This document shows, one piece after another, positions 10,481-24,550 of a DNA stretch of 64,000 nucleotides. The position numbers were made by a program, and so were the translations under genes. Each line of letters opens with the position of its first letter. Positions within the stretch are counted from its first letter, which is position 1. The stretch is taken from the NCBI RefSeq assembly GCF_964204865.1, contig NC_135253.1, forward strand, positions 17,794,001-17,858,000, in the 5' to 3' direction. Under the pieces are notes generated by a model, which saw only the letters and a list, made by a program, of their open reading frames with translations, was not told the DNA's origin and ran no database searches. The DNA comes from Styela clava (Eukaryota).

Positions 10481-12027
10481 AGTCGCGATTTCTCCCGTTC
10501 TCTTTCCTGTGGCATTTCACAACACCACTCAGAGCAACATTCAGTTTATTTCATCAAGCGAAGTTCGTCAAATATTCATGGAAAGTTTTTTGCCGCTTTG
10601 TTTTCTTCTATGCATTTCTACCGTGATAATGTGTTTATTCTCTAGAAATAATCCTCCATCGCCACCAAGTTTATCGCGGGAAAACTATTTACAACTCGAA
10701 GAAAATACCAGAACACAAGAGCAAAATTTGATGGGGAATTTTACGACTGCTTTGGAACCTTTAAAAAATTTGAATGTTGTATTGATTCTAATAGTTCGAA
10801 GTCTTGGATGTTCTATTTTCGCTTTATCTGTACCTTTGATTTCATCTATGATGTTGGGAACATTTCTCAACATGTCTGATTCGTATCCAGGAGCTATACG
10901 AATAGTAGGAGCACTACTTTCAGCGATTGGATCTATCGTTGTCGGTTGGTTGTTGGATTATTCCAAATTTAAGAAAGAAATAACAGTAGTTTGTAAGTTG
11001 TTAAACAGAATTATTTTGATATTATTTTCAAATGAAAACATCCTATGTGGAAACATTTCCGCGATGGATTGTTAACAAATTTTGGTACTCCTGAAGTATG
11101 CGCACCAAGATGTCGCATAACCTGAACCCTAACCTGGTACACAACCTGAGTTCAGGTTGTGCGCCATCTTGGGGCGCATACTTCAGGAGGTCCCAAATTT
11201 GTTAACAATCCATCGCGGATATGTTGTTATAATATCTTTTAAAAATATTTAATCCTGACAAACAGCGAAACCACGGTATCTGGTCTACTTTTTTCGGACA
11301 AGTTTGTCATATTTATTTACAGGCGTGATTTCGCTCTAAATCCGGCTTTACATAAGCCTGTGGGTGCAAATGCTCGAGGTTGCAAATGTACGTGGGTGCA
11401 AATAAACATTGGAGTAAACAAATGTCTGAGGGTGCAAATGCCGCGAGTGGAATTGTCGGTTGGTGAAAATGCCCATGGGTCCAATGAAAACTCACAAGTT
11501 CAAATATCTTGGGTGCAGTTTATGACTGAAAATGTACAGGTGCCAATCTACGTGGATACAAATGTGCTGTCCCTCTAATTTTTAACGCGTCGTAAAGCGC
11601 AATAATGAACATTGCCTTTCTCACTTAACTAATCTTTAATGCTCTCTACTTCGTTGCAGGTGTCACTGGGATGCTCATCTGTGCCGTGGGAGTGTTCATT
11701 GGACATCTTTTCGGCCTTGTTTACTTAGTAACTATTTCATATCCATCGGCAAATATGTTTAATACGTTAGTTGGAGTATGCTGTACTGAACTTATTCTGG
11801 AAATAGGATATCCGAGCAATCCATTTATTATGATATCTTGGTTTCACATAACTACCGGAGTATTGGTTTTTAGGTATTCTGTTATAATAAGATCACTTAT
11901 GAAGATAGTGAACGATGTGTCTGCAGCTGCCTTACCAGCAGTTGCAAGCTGTTTGGCGCTTGTTTTAGTTACAGCGTTGAGGTCGGATTATAGAAGAAGC
12001 ATAACTGAAGAACAAGGAGTAATATGA
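10481..12027 (+). pseudogene. 5'-truncated MFS copy (unit 2)
   Basis: Begins mid exon 2 at the array junction and lacks exon 1; the remaining frame is open. Confidence 0.8.
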
Positions 12028-12434
12028 GAAACTAAGACATAAAATTATCTGAATTCATCTAAAAGTGACTGGTTGATTTTGTCTGATTTTGAATGCTGCA
12101 AAGGACTTTTGAGAACAGTTTTCCAGCAATATAGTATTAAAGCAAATGCGTATTGTATTTCAGTTACTATAACAATAGAACAATTAAATGAACATTATTA
12201 AATTGTGACTCCGACTTCTCAAGCTCGGGACATAACAAGATTTTTGAAAACTTTCGTGCACTCGCGACATTTTTCTAGTTTTGATCAAAATGTTAAGTTG
12301 ACTGAACGGCGTTTAGTTTCTGCTGGTAATTGTAAAATCCCCACTTTCAGAAGCCTCAAATGTCGAATATGAATGCATGAAATTTGACGGTCAATTCATT
12401 ATCATTAGAAAACATGAAAAATTGCCTGACTTAA

Positions 12435-13352
12435 CCTTCCGACCGCTCCAATCCCTGACCATTTTATGGGTATTTTCAAACCTATTTTTTTTTGTCAACC
12501 ATTAAGCCCTTAAGCTTCAATCATGGCTTTTTAAAAGCGTCTGCTAGAGTTCTATTCAGCAATATATCTTTAAAACACACTCCTCGAAAAAAAAATTTTG
12601 CAAAAAAATTTCAAAAATTTCTAAAAAAAAAATTGGACTTTGAGATATTCTGTGTACAGTAGAGGGTTAATAATTAATTCCTAATTAATTAGTTTTTTCT
12701 TCAACGTTTTCGTCAAGTTTTTCCTAACATAACAATACCGAAACGACTATTATAGCATAAATGGTTATTACTCTGAAATTCACAATTGTATTTACAGTAT
12801 TGTCAAGTTCAAGGTCAAATTACCGATACTGATGACGTCACAGCTCTTATTATTACTGCACAGACCACCCCCAATGCAAAAAAATTAAATTTTTTCGACG
12901 GAAATGCGCGTAGAACGACGTAAACAATCTCATACGCGCATTCACGCGTTAAAATTACCATTAATTTTACGTTTTTTTTACATACAAAAAATCTCCATAC
13001 CTCTGCCAACTATGGAGCAGTCGAAATCATATTTATCAAAACAACACAGCGCCAGGAATGATCAGGGATAGTTAGTATGACTGAAAATACATGCTAAAGC
13101 AATAATAAGTCGTTATAAAGGAGTATTTTCTGTCTGAGCTGAGTCGACATTTTCAGACGTCTGACAGGCGATTTTGAAATCCACGCTATTTATACGATTC
13201 GCACTTTGCGTCACGGCTGGAAGGTTTTATCGCTTCTCTCATATCAGGGCATTACGTCAATAAACAGTTAAGAGCGATATTAACAGTAGGTTACCATGTG
13301 CTAGACTTAATAGCGTTGAGAATCCCATATGGACTAACGAGCGGCGAGAGAG
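12435..13352. mobile_element. Non-autonomous piggyBac-like element (918 bp), unit 2 only
   Basis: TTAA duplicated at 12431-12434 and 13353-13356; other units have a single TTAA; imperfect TIRs CCTTCCGACCGCTC / CTCTCTCGCCGCTC; no transposase ORF. Confidence 0.88.
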
Positions 13353-13504
13353 TTAAGTAATGACAAAACACATTTGCGGTTTGTGTACGTTTTTATTAAA
13401 TAAAAGAAAGATAGAAGTATGATTTAAAATTTCCACTCCCGGACCAAGTCTAGGAGTTGTGCCCTGATCTATAGGTGCACAGGACAGCGAGGCGTGGTAT
13501 TACA

Positions 13505-15461
13505 TTACCATTCCTCAAGACTCTCCAAGCTAACAATGGAGAGTTTGTCACCATTGATACTTCGTTTAACTTTTGGAGCGTCTGATTGCACTGGCGTCAC
13601 CCATGTGTCTGTAGTAGGAACAGGTTCAGGGAAATCCAGTTCGGGAGCTCTAAAGGTGACGACGATATCCTTATGAAACTTCAGGAACTGGGGTGGCATC
13701 TTAGCAGGTGTAGAAGGTCGTGGCCTAGCCTCATCACGTAAGTTTATGCCGCCGTTTTCAAAGTAATCTTTGAGAGACAAGCTTCTCGAAGATCGGCTGA
13801 TTTTGGCCCTTCCTCTCCAAGTTTTAGGGCTGTTTTTAATTTCGTTTATGGTACTCATTACTGGTGGTGGATTGTCTATTGGAGTGAGCATTCTGCTTTC
13901 AAGTTGCACTCGTGACGTTGAAGGCAATTCAGGCATTTTACTAATTACATGATTGTTCTCCAAACTGGAAACATTGCTAAGGTTCATAGTCTCACTGCTG
14001 TTGTTTTTGACTCCATTTTCGAAAAACACCAAACTGATATTCGAATCCGTTGAACTTTCGTTTACTTTGAGGCAAATTGGTTGAACTCGATTTCTTCTAT
14101 ATGATTCACAGCATCCATGGAAAAGAGACGGAAGTCGGGCATTTCTACGCCAAATCACCCAAGATATATGAAGTAGAAGTAGCACGAATGCAAAGGTTAA
14201 TAGCAATAAACCATGAATAATTAGCCATGACTGAATGGCCTCATTGCATCCTCTGTCAAAAGTTTCATTGAAATATTCTCCAAACGGGATTGGGGTATTT
14301 GCGACAGGACTTGTCGTAGTACCCAACATAGCAAATGTTGAAACGTCAGTAAAAAAGTTCTCAGAAGGTAAAGAACAATCTGATATATTGATGCCACACG
14401 ATTGCGGTGTCCAATCCCGGTCGATACCCCTATCGTTGTCGATCTGGATCCAATCCTTGCGGGATTCACGTCCGCAGCATTGAAATGTACTCTGAAAATG
14501 ACGGCAAATTAGCAAAGCATTGAAAACATATTTTGTATAAAATTGTGTATTCATCGATCCATGATATTTATCGGAAATTTGTTATTATATATATAAGTAT
14601 TTTCAATATTAAAAATCACATTCATCGACGGGAATACAGATTATGCATGCGGATATATAACCAGATAATCGTGGGCGAGTGTTCAGAGACGCAATGTTCA
14701 TGATGGCACTTTACCAACATTCTTTATATATATAACTTTCGCATTATATAAGATCTAACCTGATAAACGTCCATAATATTTCGATCCGTTGCCTCAGTAA
14801 CCCAGGGTATTGCCGACTCCATCAGAGACGACATGTGGCTTCTTATTGGCGAATCCACGAGGAATAACAGTCCGCCTAAAGTAAGGCATAACACTATAAC
14901 TATTCTCAAAACATAGATGAAACAAACTGATGCGTTCGGTTCTTTATCTGGAAAATCATCGATGATGCTCCTTTGACGATGAACACAAATCGACCCCTAC
15001 AGTCCGATGACCTGGTTTGTAAAACACGACCTTATGTTATCAGTAATAAATACTCCAATAAACCACAATATGAGTTACTGATATTTACCAAAATTATCTC
15101 CAAGATATTTGCGAAAGCAATAAGGAAATTCCACGAAACGTCACCGAAACTTGTACCCACGCTGGGAAGGTACACAAAGATATCAGCACGCTTGATAACT
15201 CCGGAGAATTCTCCGCGATCAAACACGCCAGACTCAGCAAGATGAGCGAGAATTGCCCAAACCAGCAAGATGAATCCAAACAGAATACAGACAAATAGGT
15301 TGAACACATACCAGAAGAAAGAAATCTGCGATAAAAAACACATGTAATTTATGAATTCCAACTTGGGTTCTTCTTCATTTTATCAGGTATAAACTAACCT
15401 TCTCTGATCTTGTTCTCGTTATTACAAAACGTCTAGAAGGCATATTGATCAAATGATCCAT
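13505..15461 (-). pseudogene. Tetraspanin copy 2, nonsense mutation in exon 3
   Basis: TAT->TAG at 14997-14999 in TM2 (GLY->GL*); also PQSCC->PQSCG, losing a conserved Cys. Confidence 0.88.
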
Positions 15462-15947
15462 ATCATAACCGATGATCTAGAAAGATTCCGGTCAAATGAT
15501 GGTTTATTTTCATTTTCACTCTTTTTCATGAAACAGTCAATATTGTGACGTCACAAAACACTTATGTTTTTATTTGCAACGCCAACTTGAAACAAAAAAT
15601 ATCAGCCTACCAGAACACTATGATTTTGAAGTTCAAATAAATATGTTAAACATTCTTCGTACAGAGTATGGTATTTCGCCGGAGTATGAGAAGTGCGAGG
15701 AGGCTCTGATATTGATAATAATTAAAATGCACCCGATGAACTTATTAGACTCGACCATACTAACATATATACGCAAGGCGCTTAGAAATGCGACGGAAAG
15801 CGTATTCGTAACGACTATCGCGATGTGTAATTCCAACAAAAACTACAAGGTCATGGAAGTGCTAAGTGCGTCCGTTGTATGAACAAAACTGTGACACTTC
15901 CAAAAATCACATTTTAAATGGCATCGCTCTCACGTATATTCGTTCCT

Positions 15948-17482
15948 AGTCGCGATTTCTCCCGTTCTCTTTCCTGTGGCATTTCACAACACCACTCAGA
16001 GCAACATTCAGTTTATTTCATCAAGCGAAGTTCGTCAAATATTCATGGAAAGTTTTTTGCCGCTTTGTTTTCTTCTATGCATTTCTACCGTGATAATGTG
16101 TTTATTCTCTAGAAATAATCCTCCATCGCCACCAAGTTTATCGCGGGAAAACTATTTACAACTCGAAGAAAATACCAGAACACAAGAGCAAAATTTGATG
16201 TGGAATTTTACGACTGCTTTGGAACCTTTAAAAAATTTGAATGTTGTATTGATTCTAATAGTTCGAAGTCTTGGATGTTCTATTTTCGCTTTATCTGTAC
16301 CTTTGATTTCATCTATGATGTTGGGAACATTTCTCAACATGTCTGATTCGTATCCAGGAGCTATACGAATAGTAGGAGCACTACTTTCAGCGATTGGATC
16401 TATCGTTGTCGGTTGGTTGTTGGATTATTCCAAATTTAAGAAAGAAATAACAGTAGTTTGTAAGTTGTTAAACAGAATTATTTTGATATTATTTTCAAAT
16501 GAAAACATCCTATGTGGAAACATTTCCGCGATGGATTGTTAACAAATTTTGGTACTCCTGAAGTATGCGCACCAAGATGTCGCATAACCTGAACCCTAAC
16601 CTGGTACACAACCTGAGTTCAGGTTGTGCGCCATCTTGGAGCGCATACTTCAGGAGGTCCCAAATTTGTTAACAATCCATCGCGGATATGTTGTTATAAT
16701 ATCTTTCAAAAATATTTAATCCTGACAAACAGCGAAACCACGGTATCTGGTCTACTTTTTTCGGACAAGTTTGTCATATTTATTTACAGGCGTGATTTCG
16801 CTCCAAATCCGGCTTTACATAAGCCTGTGGGTGCAAATGCTCGAGGTTGCAAATGTACGTGGGTGCAAATAAACATTGGAGTAAACAAATGTCTGAGGGT
16901 GCAAATGCCGCGAGTGGAATTGTCGGCTGGTGAAAATGCCCATGGGTCCAATGAAAACTCACAAGTTCAAATATCTTGGGTGCAGTTTATGACTGAAAAT
17001 GTACAGGTGCCAATCTACGTGGATACAAATGTGCTGTCACTCTAATTTTTAACGCGTCGTAAAGCGCAATAATGAACATTGCCTTTCTCACTTAACTAAT
17101 CTTTAATGCTCTCTACTTCGTTGCAGGTGTCACTGGGATGCTCATCTGTGCCGTGGGAGTGTTCATTGGACATCTTTTCGGCCTTGTTTACTTAGTAACT
17201 ATTTCATATCCATCGGCAAATATGTTTAATACGTTAGTTGGAGTATGCTGTACTGAACTTATTCTGAAAATAGGATATCCGAGCAATCCATTTATTATGA
17301 TATCTTGGTTTCACATAACTACCGGAGTATTGGTTTTTAGGTATTCTGTTATAATAAGATCACTTATGAAGATAGTGAACGATGCGTCTGCAGCTGCCTT
17401 ACCAGCAGTTGCAAGCTGTTTGGCGCTTGTTTTAGTTACAGCGTTGAGGTCGGATTATAGAAGAAGCAAAACTGAAGAATAG
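15948..17482 (+). pseudogene. 5'-truncated MFS copy (unit 3)
   Basis: Junction-truncated; premature TAG at 17480-17482 removes the last 4 aa. Confidence 0.8.
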
Positions 17483-18048
17483 GGAGTAATATGAGAAACT
17501 AAGACATAAAATTATCTGAATTCATCTAAAAGTGACTGGTTGATTTCGTCTGATTTTGAATGCTGCAAAGGACTTTTGAGAACAGTTTTCCAGCAATATA
17601 GTATTAAAGCAAATGCGTATTGTATTTCAGTTACTATAACAATAGAACAATTAAATGAACATTATTAAATTGTGACTCCGACTTCTCAAGCTCGGGACAT
17701 AACAAGATTTTTGAAAACTTTCGTGCACTCGCGACATTTTTCTAGTTTTGATCAAAATGTTAAGTTGACTGAACGGCGTTTAGTTTCTGTTGGTAATTGT
17801 AAAATCCCCACTTTCAGAAGCCTCAAATGTCGAATATGAATGCATGAAATTTGACGGTCATTTCATTATCATTAGAAAACATGAAAAATTGCCTGATTAA
17901 GTAATGACAAAACACATTTGCGGTTTGTGTACGTTTTTATTAAATAAAAGAAAAATAGAAGTATGATTTAAAATTTCCACTCCCGGACCAAGTCTAGGAG
18001 TTGTGCCCTGATCTATAGGTGCACAGGACAGCGAGGCGTGGTATTACA

Positions 18049-20005
18049 TTACCATTCCTCAAGACTCTCCAAGCTAACAATGGAGAGTTTGTCACCATTG
18101 ATACTTCGTTTAACTTTTGGAGCGTCTGATTGCACTGGCGTTACCCATGTGTCTGTAGTAGGAACAGGTTCAGGGAAATCCAGTTCGGGAGCTCTAAAGG
18201 TGACGACGATATCCTTATGAAACTTCAGGAACTGGGGTGGCATCTTAGCAGGTGTAGGAGGTCGTGGCCTAGCCTCATCACGTAAGTTTATGCCGCCGTT
18301 TTCAAAGTAATCTTTGAGAGACAAGCTTCTCGAAGATCGGCTGATTTTGGCCCTTCCTCTCCAAGTTTTAGGGCTGTTTTTAATTTCGTTTATGGTACTC
18401 ATTACTGGTGGTGGATTGTCTATTGGAGTGAGCATTCTGCTTTCAAGTTGCACTCGTGACGTTGAAGGCAATTCAGGCATTTTACTAATTACATGATTGT
18501 TCTCCAAACTGGAAACATTGCTAAGGTTCATAGTCTCACTGCTGTTGTTTTTGACTCCATTTTCGAAAAACACCAAACTGATATTCGAATCCGTTGAACT
18601 TTCGTTTACTTTGAGGCAAATTGGTTGAACTCGATTTCTTCTATATGATTCACAGCATCCACGGAAAAGATACGGAAGTCGGGCATTTCTACGCCAAATC
18701 ACCCAAGATATATGAAGTAGAAGTAGCACGAATGCAAAGGTTAATAGCAATAAACCATGAATAATTAGCCATGACTGAATGGCCTCATTGCATCCTCTGT
18801 CAAAAGTTTCAATGAAATATTCTCCAAACGGGATTGGGGTATTTGCGACAGGACTTGTCGTAGTACCCAACATAGCAAATGTTGAAACGTCAGTAAAAAA
18901 GTTCTCAGAAGGTAAAGAACAATCTGATATATTGATGCAACAGGATTGCGGTGTCCAATCCCGGACGATACCCCTATCGTTGTCGATCTGGATCCAATCC
19001 TTGCGGGATTCACGTCCGCAGCATTGAAATGTACTCTGAAAATGACGGCAAATTAGCAAAGCATTGAAAACATATTTTGTATAAAATTGTGTATTCATCG
19101 ATCCATGATATTTATCGGAAATTTGTTATTATATATATAAGTATTTTCAATATTAAAAATCACATTCATCGACGGGAATACAGATTATGCATGCGGATAT
19201 ATAACCAGATAATCGTGGGCGAGTGTTCAGAGACGCAATGTTCATGATGGCACTTTACCAACATTCTTTATATATATAACTTTCGCATTATATAAGATCT
19301 AACCTGATAAACGTCCATAATATTTCGATCCGTTGCCTCAGTAACCCAGGGTATTGCCGACTCCATCAGAGACGACATGTGGCTTCTTATTGGCGAATCC
19401 ACGAGGAATAACAGTCCGCCTAAAGTAAGGCATAACACTATAACTATTCTCAAAACATAGATGAAACAAACTGATGCGTTCGGTTCTTTATCTGGAAAAT
19501 CATCGATGATGCTCCTTTGACGATGAACACAAATCGCCCCATACAGTCCGATGACCTGGTTTGTAAAACACGACCTTAGGTTATCAGTAATAAATACTCC
19601 AATAAACCACAATATGAGTTACTGATATTTACCAAAATTATCTCCAAGATATTTGCGAAAGCAATAAGGAAATTCCACGAAACGTCACCGAAACTTGTAC
19701 CCACGCTGGGAAGGTACACAAAGATATCAGCACGCTTGATAACTCCGGAGAATTCTCCGCGATCATACACGCCAGACTCAGCAAGATGAGCGAGAATTGC
19801 CCAAATTAGCAAGATGAATCCAAACAGAATACAGACAAATAGGTTGAACACATACCAGAAGAAAAAAATCTGCGATAAAAAACACATGTAATTTATGAAT
19901 TCCAACTTGGGTTCTTCTTCATTTTATCAGGTATAAACTAACCTTCTCTGATCTTGTTCTCGTTATTACAAAACGTCTAGAAGGCATATTGATCAAATGA
20001 TCCAT
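18049..20005 (-). CDS. Tetraspanin copy 3 (frame intact)
   Basis: Same exons as copy 1 with splice sites intact; private substitutions include NET->IET, S->Y and F->Y. Confidence 0.82.
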
Positions 20006-20491
20006 ATCATAACCGATGATCTAGGAAGATTCCGGTCAAATAATGGTTTATTTTCATTTTCACTCTTTTTCATGAAACAGTCAATATTGTGACGTCACAA
20101 AACACTTATGTTTTTATTTGCGACGCCAACTTGAAACAAAAAATATCAGCCTACCAGAACACTATGATTTTGAAGTTCAAATAAATATGTTGAACATTCT
20201 TCGTACAGAGTATGGTATTTCGCCGGAGTATGAGAAGTGCGAGGAGGCTCTGATATTGATAATAATTAAAATGCACCCGATGAACTTATTAGACTCGACC
20301 ATACTAACATATATACGCAAGGCGCTTAGAAATGCGACGGAAAGCGTATTCGTAACGACTATCGCGATGTGTATTTCCAACAAAAACTACAAGGTCATGG
20401 AAGTGCTAAGTGCGTCCGTTGTATGAACAAAACTGTGACACTTCCAATAATCACATTTTAAATGGCATCGCTCTCACGTATATTCGTTCCT

Positions 20492-22038
20492 AGTCGCGAT
20501 TTCTCCCGTTCTCTTTCCTGTGGCATTTCACAACACCACTCAGAGCAACATTCAGTTTATTTCATCAAGCGAAGTTCGTCAAATATTCATGGGAAGTTTT
20601 TTGCCGCTTTGTTTTCTTCTATGCATTTCTACCGTGATAATGTGTTTATTCTCTAGAAATAATCCTCCATCGCCACCAAGTTTATCGCGGGAAAACTATT
20701 TACAACTCGAAGAAAATACCAGAACACAAGAGCAAAATTTGATGGGGAATTTTACGACTGCTTTGGAACCTTTAAAAAATTTGAATGTTGTATTGATTCT
20801 AATAGTTCGAAGTCTTGGATGTTCTATTTTCGCTTTATCTGTACCTTTGATTTCATCTATGATGTTGGGAACATTTCTCAACATGTCTGATTCGTATCCA
20901 GGAGCTATACGAATAGTAGGAGCACTACTTTCAGCGATTGGATCTATCGTTGTCGGTTGGTTGTTGGGTTATTCCAAATTTAAGAAAGAAATAACAGTAG
21001 TTTGTAAGTTGTTAAACAGAATTATTTTGATATTATTTTCAAATTAAAACATCCTATGTGGAAACATTTCCGCGATGGATTGTTAACAAATTTTGGTACT
21101 CCTGAAGTATGCGCACCAAGATGTCGCATAACCTGAACCCTAACCTGGTAAACAACTTGAGTTCAGGTTGTGCGCCATCTTGGGGCGCATACTTCAGGAG
21201 GTCCCAAATTTGTTAACAATCCATCGCGGATATGTTGTTATAATATCTTTCAAAAATATTTAATCCTGACAAACAGCGAAACCACGGTATCTGGTCTACT
21301 TTTTTCGGACAAGTTTGTCATATTTATTTACAGGCGTGATTTCGCTCTAAATTCGGCTTTACATAAGCCTGTGGGTGCAAATGCTCGAGGTTGCAAATGT
21401 ACGCGGGTGCAAATAAACATTGGAGTAAACAAATGTCTGAGGGTGCAAATGCCGCGAGTGGAATTGTCGGTTGGTGAAAATGCCCATGGGTCCAATGAAA
21501 ACTCACAAGTTCAAATATCTTGGGTGCAGTTTATGACTGAAAATGTACAGGTGCCAATCTACGTGGATACAAATGTGCTGTCACTCTAATTTTTAACGCG
21601 TCGTAAAGCGCAATAATGAACATTGCCTTTCTCACTTAACTAATCTTTAATGCTCTCTACTTCGTTGCAGGTGTCACTGGGATGCTCATCTGTGCCGTGG
21701 GAGTGTTCATTGGACATCTTTTCGGCCTTGTTTACTTAGTAACTATTTCATATCCATCGGCAAATATGTTTAATACGTTAGTTGGAGTATGATGTACTGA
21801 ACTTATTCTGAAAATAGGATATCCGAGCAATCCATTTATTATGATATCTTGGTTTCACATAACTACCGGAGTATTGGTTTTTAGGTATTCTGTTATAATA
21901 AGATCACTTATGAAGATAGTGAACGATGCGTCTGCAGCTGCCTTACCAGCAGTTGCAAGCTGTTTGGCGCTTGTTTTAGTTACAGCGTTGAGGTCGGATT
22001 ATAGAAGAAGCAAAACTGAAGAACAAGGAGTAATATGA
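20492..22038 (+). pseudogene. 5'-truncated MFS copy (unit 4) with nonsense codon
   Basis: Junction-truncated; TGC->TGA at 21790-21792. Confidence 0.85.
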
Positions 22039-22593
22039 GAAACTAAGACATAAAATTATCTGAATTCATCTAAAAGTGACTGGTTGATTTCGTCTGATTT
22101 TGAATGCTGCAAAGGACTTTTGAGAACAGTTTTCCAGCAATATAGTATTAAAGCAAATGCGTATTGTATTTCAGTTACTATAACAATAGAACAATTAAAT
22201 GAACATTATTAAATTGTGACTCCGACTTCTCAAGCTCGGGACATAACAAGATTTTTGAAAACTTTCGTGCACTCGCGACATTTTTCTAGTTTTGATCAAA
22301 ATGTTAAGTTGACTGAACGGCGTTTAGTTTCTGTTGGTAATTGTAAAATCCCCACTTTCAGAAGCCTCAAATGTCGAATATGAATGCATGAAATTTGACG
22401 GTCATTTCATTATCATTAGAAAACATGAAAAATTGCCTGACTTAAGTAATGACAAAACACATTTGTGGTTTGTGTACGTTTTTATTAAATAAAAGAAAAA
22501 TAGAAGTATGATTTAAAATTTCCACTCCCGGACCAAGTCTAGGAGTTGTGCCCTGATCTATAGGTGCACAGGACAGCGAGGCGTGGTATTACA

Positions 22594-24550
22594 TTACCAA
22601 TCCTCAAGACTCTCCAAGCTAACAATGGAGAGTTTGTCACCATTGATACTTCGTTTAACTTTTGGAGCGTCTGATTGCACTGGCGTTACCCATGTGTCTG
22701 TAGTAGGAACAGGTTCAGGGAAATCCAGTTCGGGAGCTCTAAAGGTGACGACGATATCCTTATGAAACTTCAGGAACTGGGGTGGCATCTTAGCAGGTGT
22801 AGGAGGTCGTGGCCTAGCCTCATCACGTAAGTTTATGCCGCCGTTTTCAAAGTAATCTTTGAGAGACAAGCTTCTCGAAGATCGGCTGATTTTGGCCCTT
22901 CCTCTCCAAGTTTTAGGGCTGTTTTTAATTTCGTTTATGGTACTCATTACTGGTGGTGGATTGTCTATTGGAGTGAGCATTCTGCTTTCAAGTTGCACTC
23001 GTGACGTTGAAGGCAATTCAGGCATTTTACTAATAACATGATTGTTCTCCAAACTGGAAACATTGCTAAGGTTCATAGTCTCACTGCTGTTGTTTTTGAC
23101 TCCATTTTCGAAAAACACCAAACTGATATTCGAATCCGTTGAACTTTCGTTTACTTTGAGGCAAATTGGTTGAACTCGATTTCTTCTATATGATTCACAG
23201 CATCCACGGAAAAGAGACGGAAGTCGGGCATTTCTACGCCAAATCACCCAAGATATATGAAGTAGAAGTAGCACGAATGCAAAGGTTAATAGCAATAAAC
23301 CATGAATAATTAGCCATGACTGAATGGCCTCATTGCATCCTCTGTCAAAAGTTTCATTGAAATATTCTCCAAACGGGATTGGGGTATTTGCGACAGGACT
23401 TGTCGTAGTACCCAACATAGCAAATGTTGAAACGTCAGTAAAAAAGTTCTCAGAAGGTAAAGAACAATCTGATATATTGATGCAACAGGATTGCGGTGTC
23501 CAATCCCGGACGATACCCCTATCGTTGTCGATCTGGATCCAATCCTTGCGGGATTCACGTCCGCAGCATTGAAATGTACTCTGAAAATGACGGCAAATTA
23601 GCAAAGCATTGAAAACATATTTTGTATAAAATTGTGTATTCATCGATCCATGATATTTATCGGAAATTTGTTATTATATATATAAGTATTTTCAATATTA
23701 AAAATCACATTCATCGACGGGAATACAGATTATGCATGCGGATATATAACCAGATAATCGTGGGCGAGTGTTCAGAGACGCAATGTTCATGATGGCACTT
23801 TACCAACATTCTTTATATATATAACTTTCGCATTATATAAGATCTAACCTGATAAACGTCCATAATATTTCGATCCGTTGCCTCAGTAACCCAGGGTATT
23901 GCCGACTCCATCAGAGACGACATGTGGCTTCTTATTGGCGAATCCACGAGGAATAACAGTCCGCCTAAAGTAAGGCATAACACTATAACTATTCTCAAAA
24001 CATAGATGAAACAAACTGATGCGTTCGGTTCTTTATCTGGAAAATCATCGATGATGCTCCTTTGACGATGAACACAAATCGCCCCATACAGTCCGATGAC
24101 CTGGTTTGTAAAACACGACCTTAGGTTATCAGTAATAAATACTCCAATAAACCACAATATGAGTTACTGATATTTACCAAAATTATCTCCAAGATATTTG
24201 CGAAAGCAATAAGGAAATTCCACGAAACGTCACCGAAACTTGTACCCACGCTGGGAAGGTACACAAAGATATCAGCACGCTTGATAACTCCGGAGAATTC
24301 TCCGCGATCAAACACGCCAGACTCAGCAAGATGAGCGAGAATTGCCCAAACCAGCAAGATGAATCCAAACAGAATACAGACAAATAGGTTGAACACATAC
24401 CAGAAGAAAGAAATCTGCGATAAAAAACACATGTAATTTATGAATTCCAACTTGGGTTCTTCTTCATTTTATCAGGTATAAACTAACCTTCTCTGATCTT
24501 GTTCTCGTTATTACAAAACGTCTAGAAGGCATATTGATCAAATGATCCAT
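22594..24550 (-). CDS. Tetraspanin copy 4 (frame intact)
   Basis: Same exons as copy 1; C-terminus LEDW instead of LEEW. Confidence 0.82.

Noticed and set aside
11156-11578. 72-139 aa ORFs MRHLGAH.../MGANARG...
   Set aside because: Lie in MFS intron 2 over a MITE and the GGGTGCAAATG repeats; interrupted by stops in units 1 and 2.
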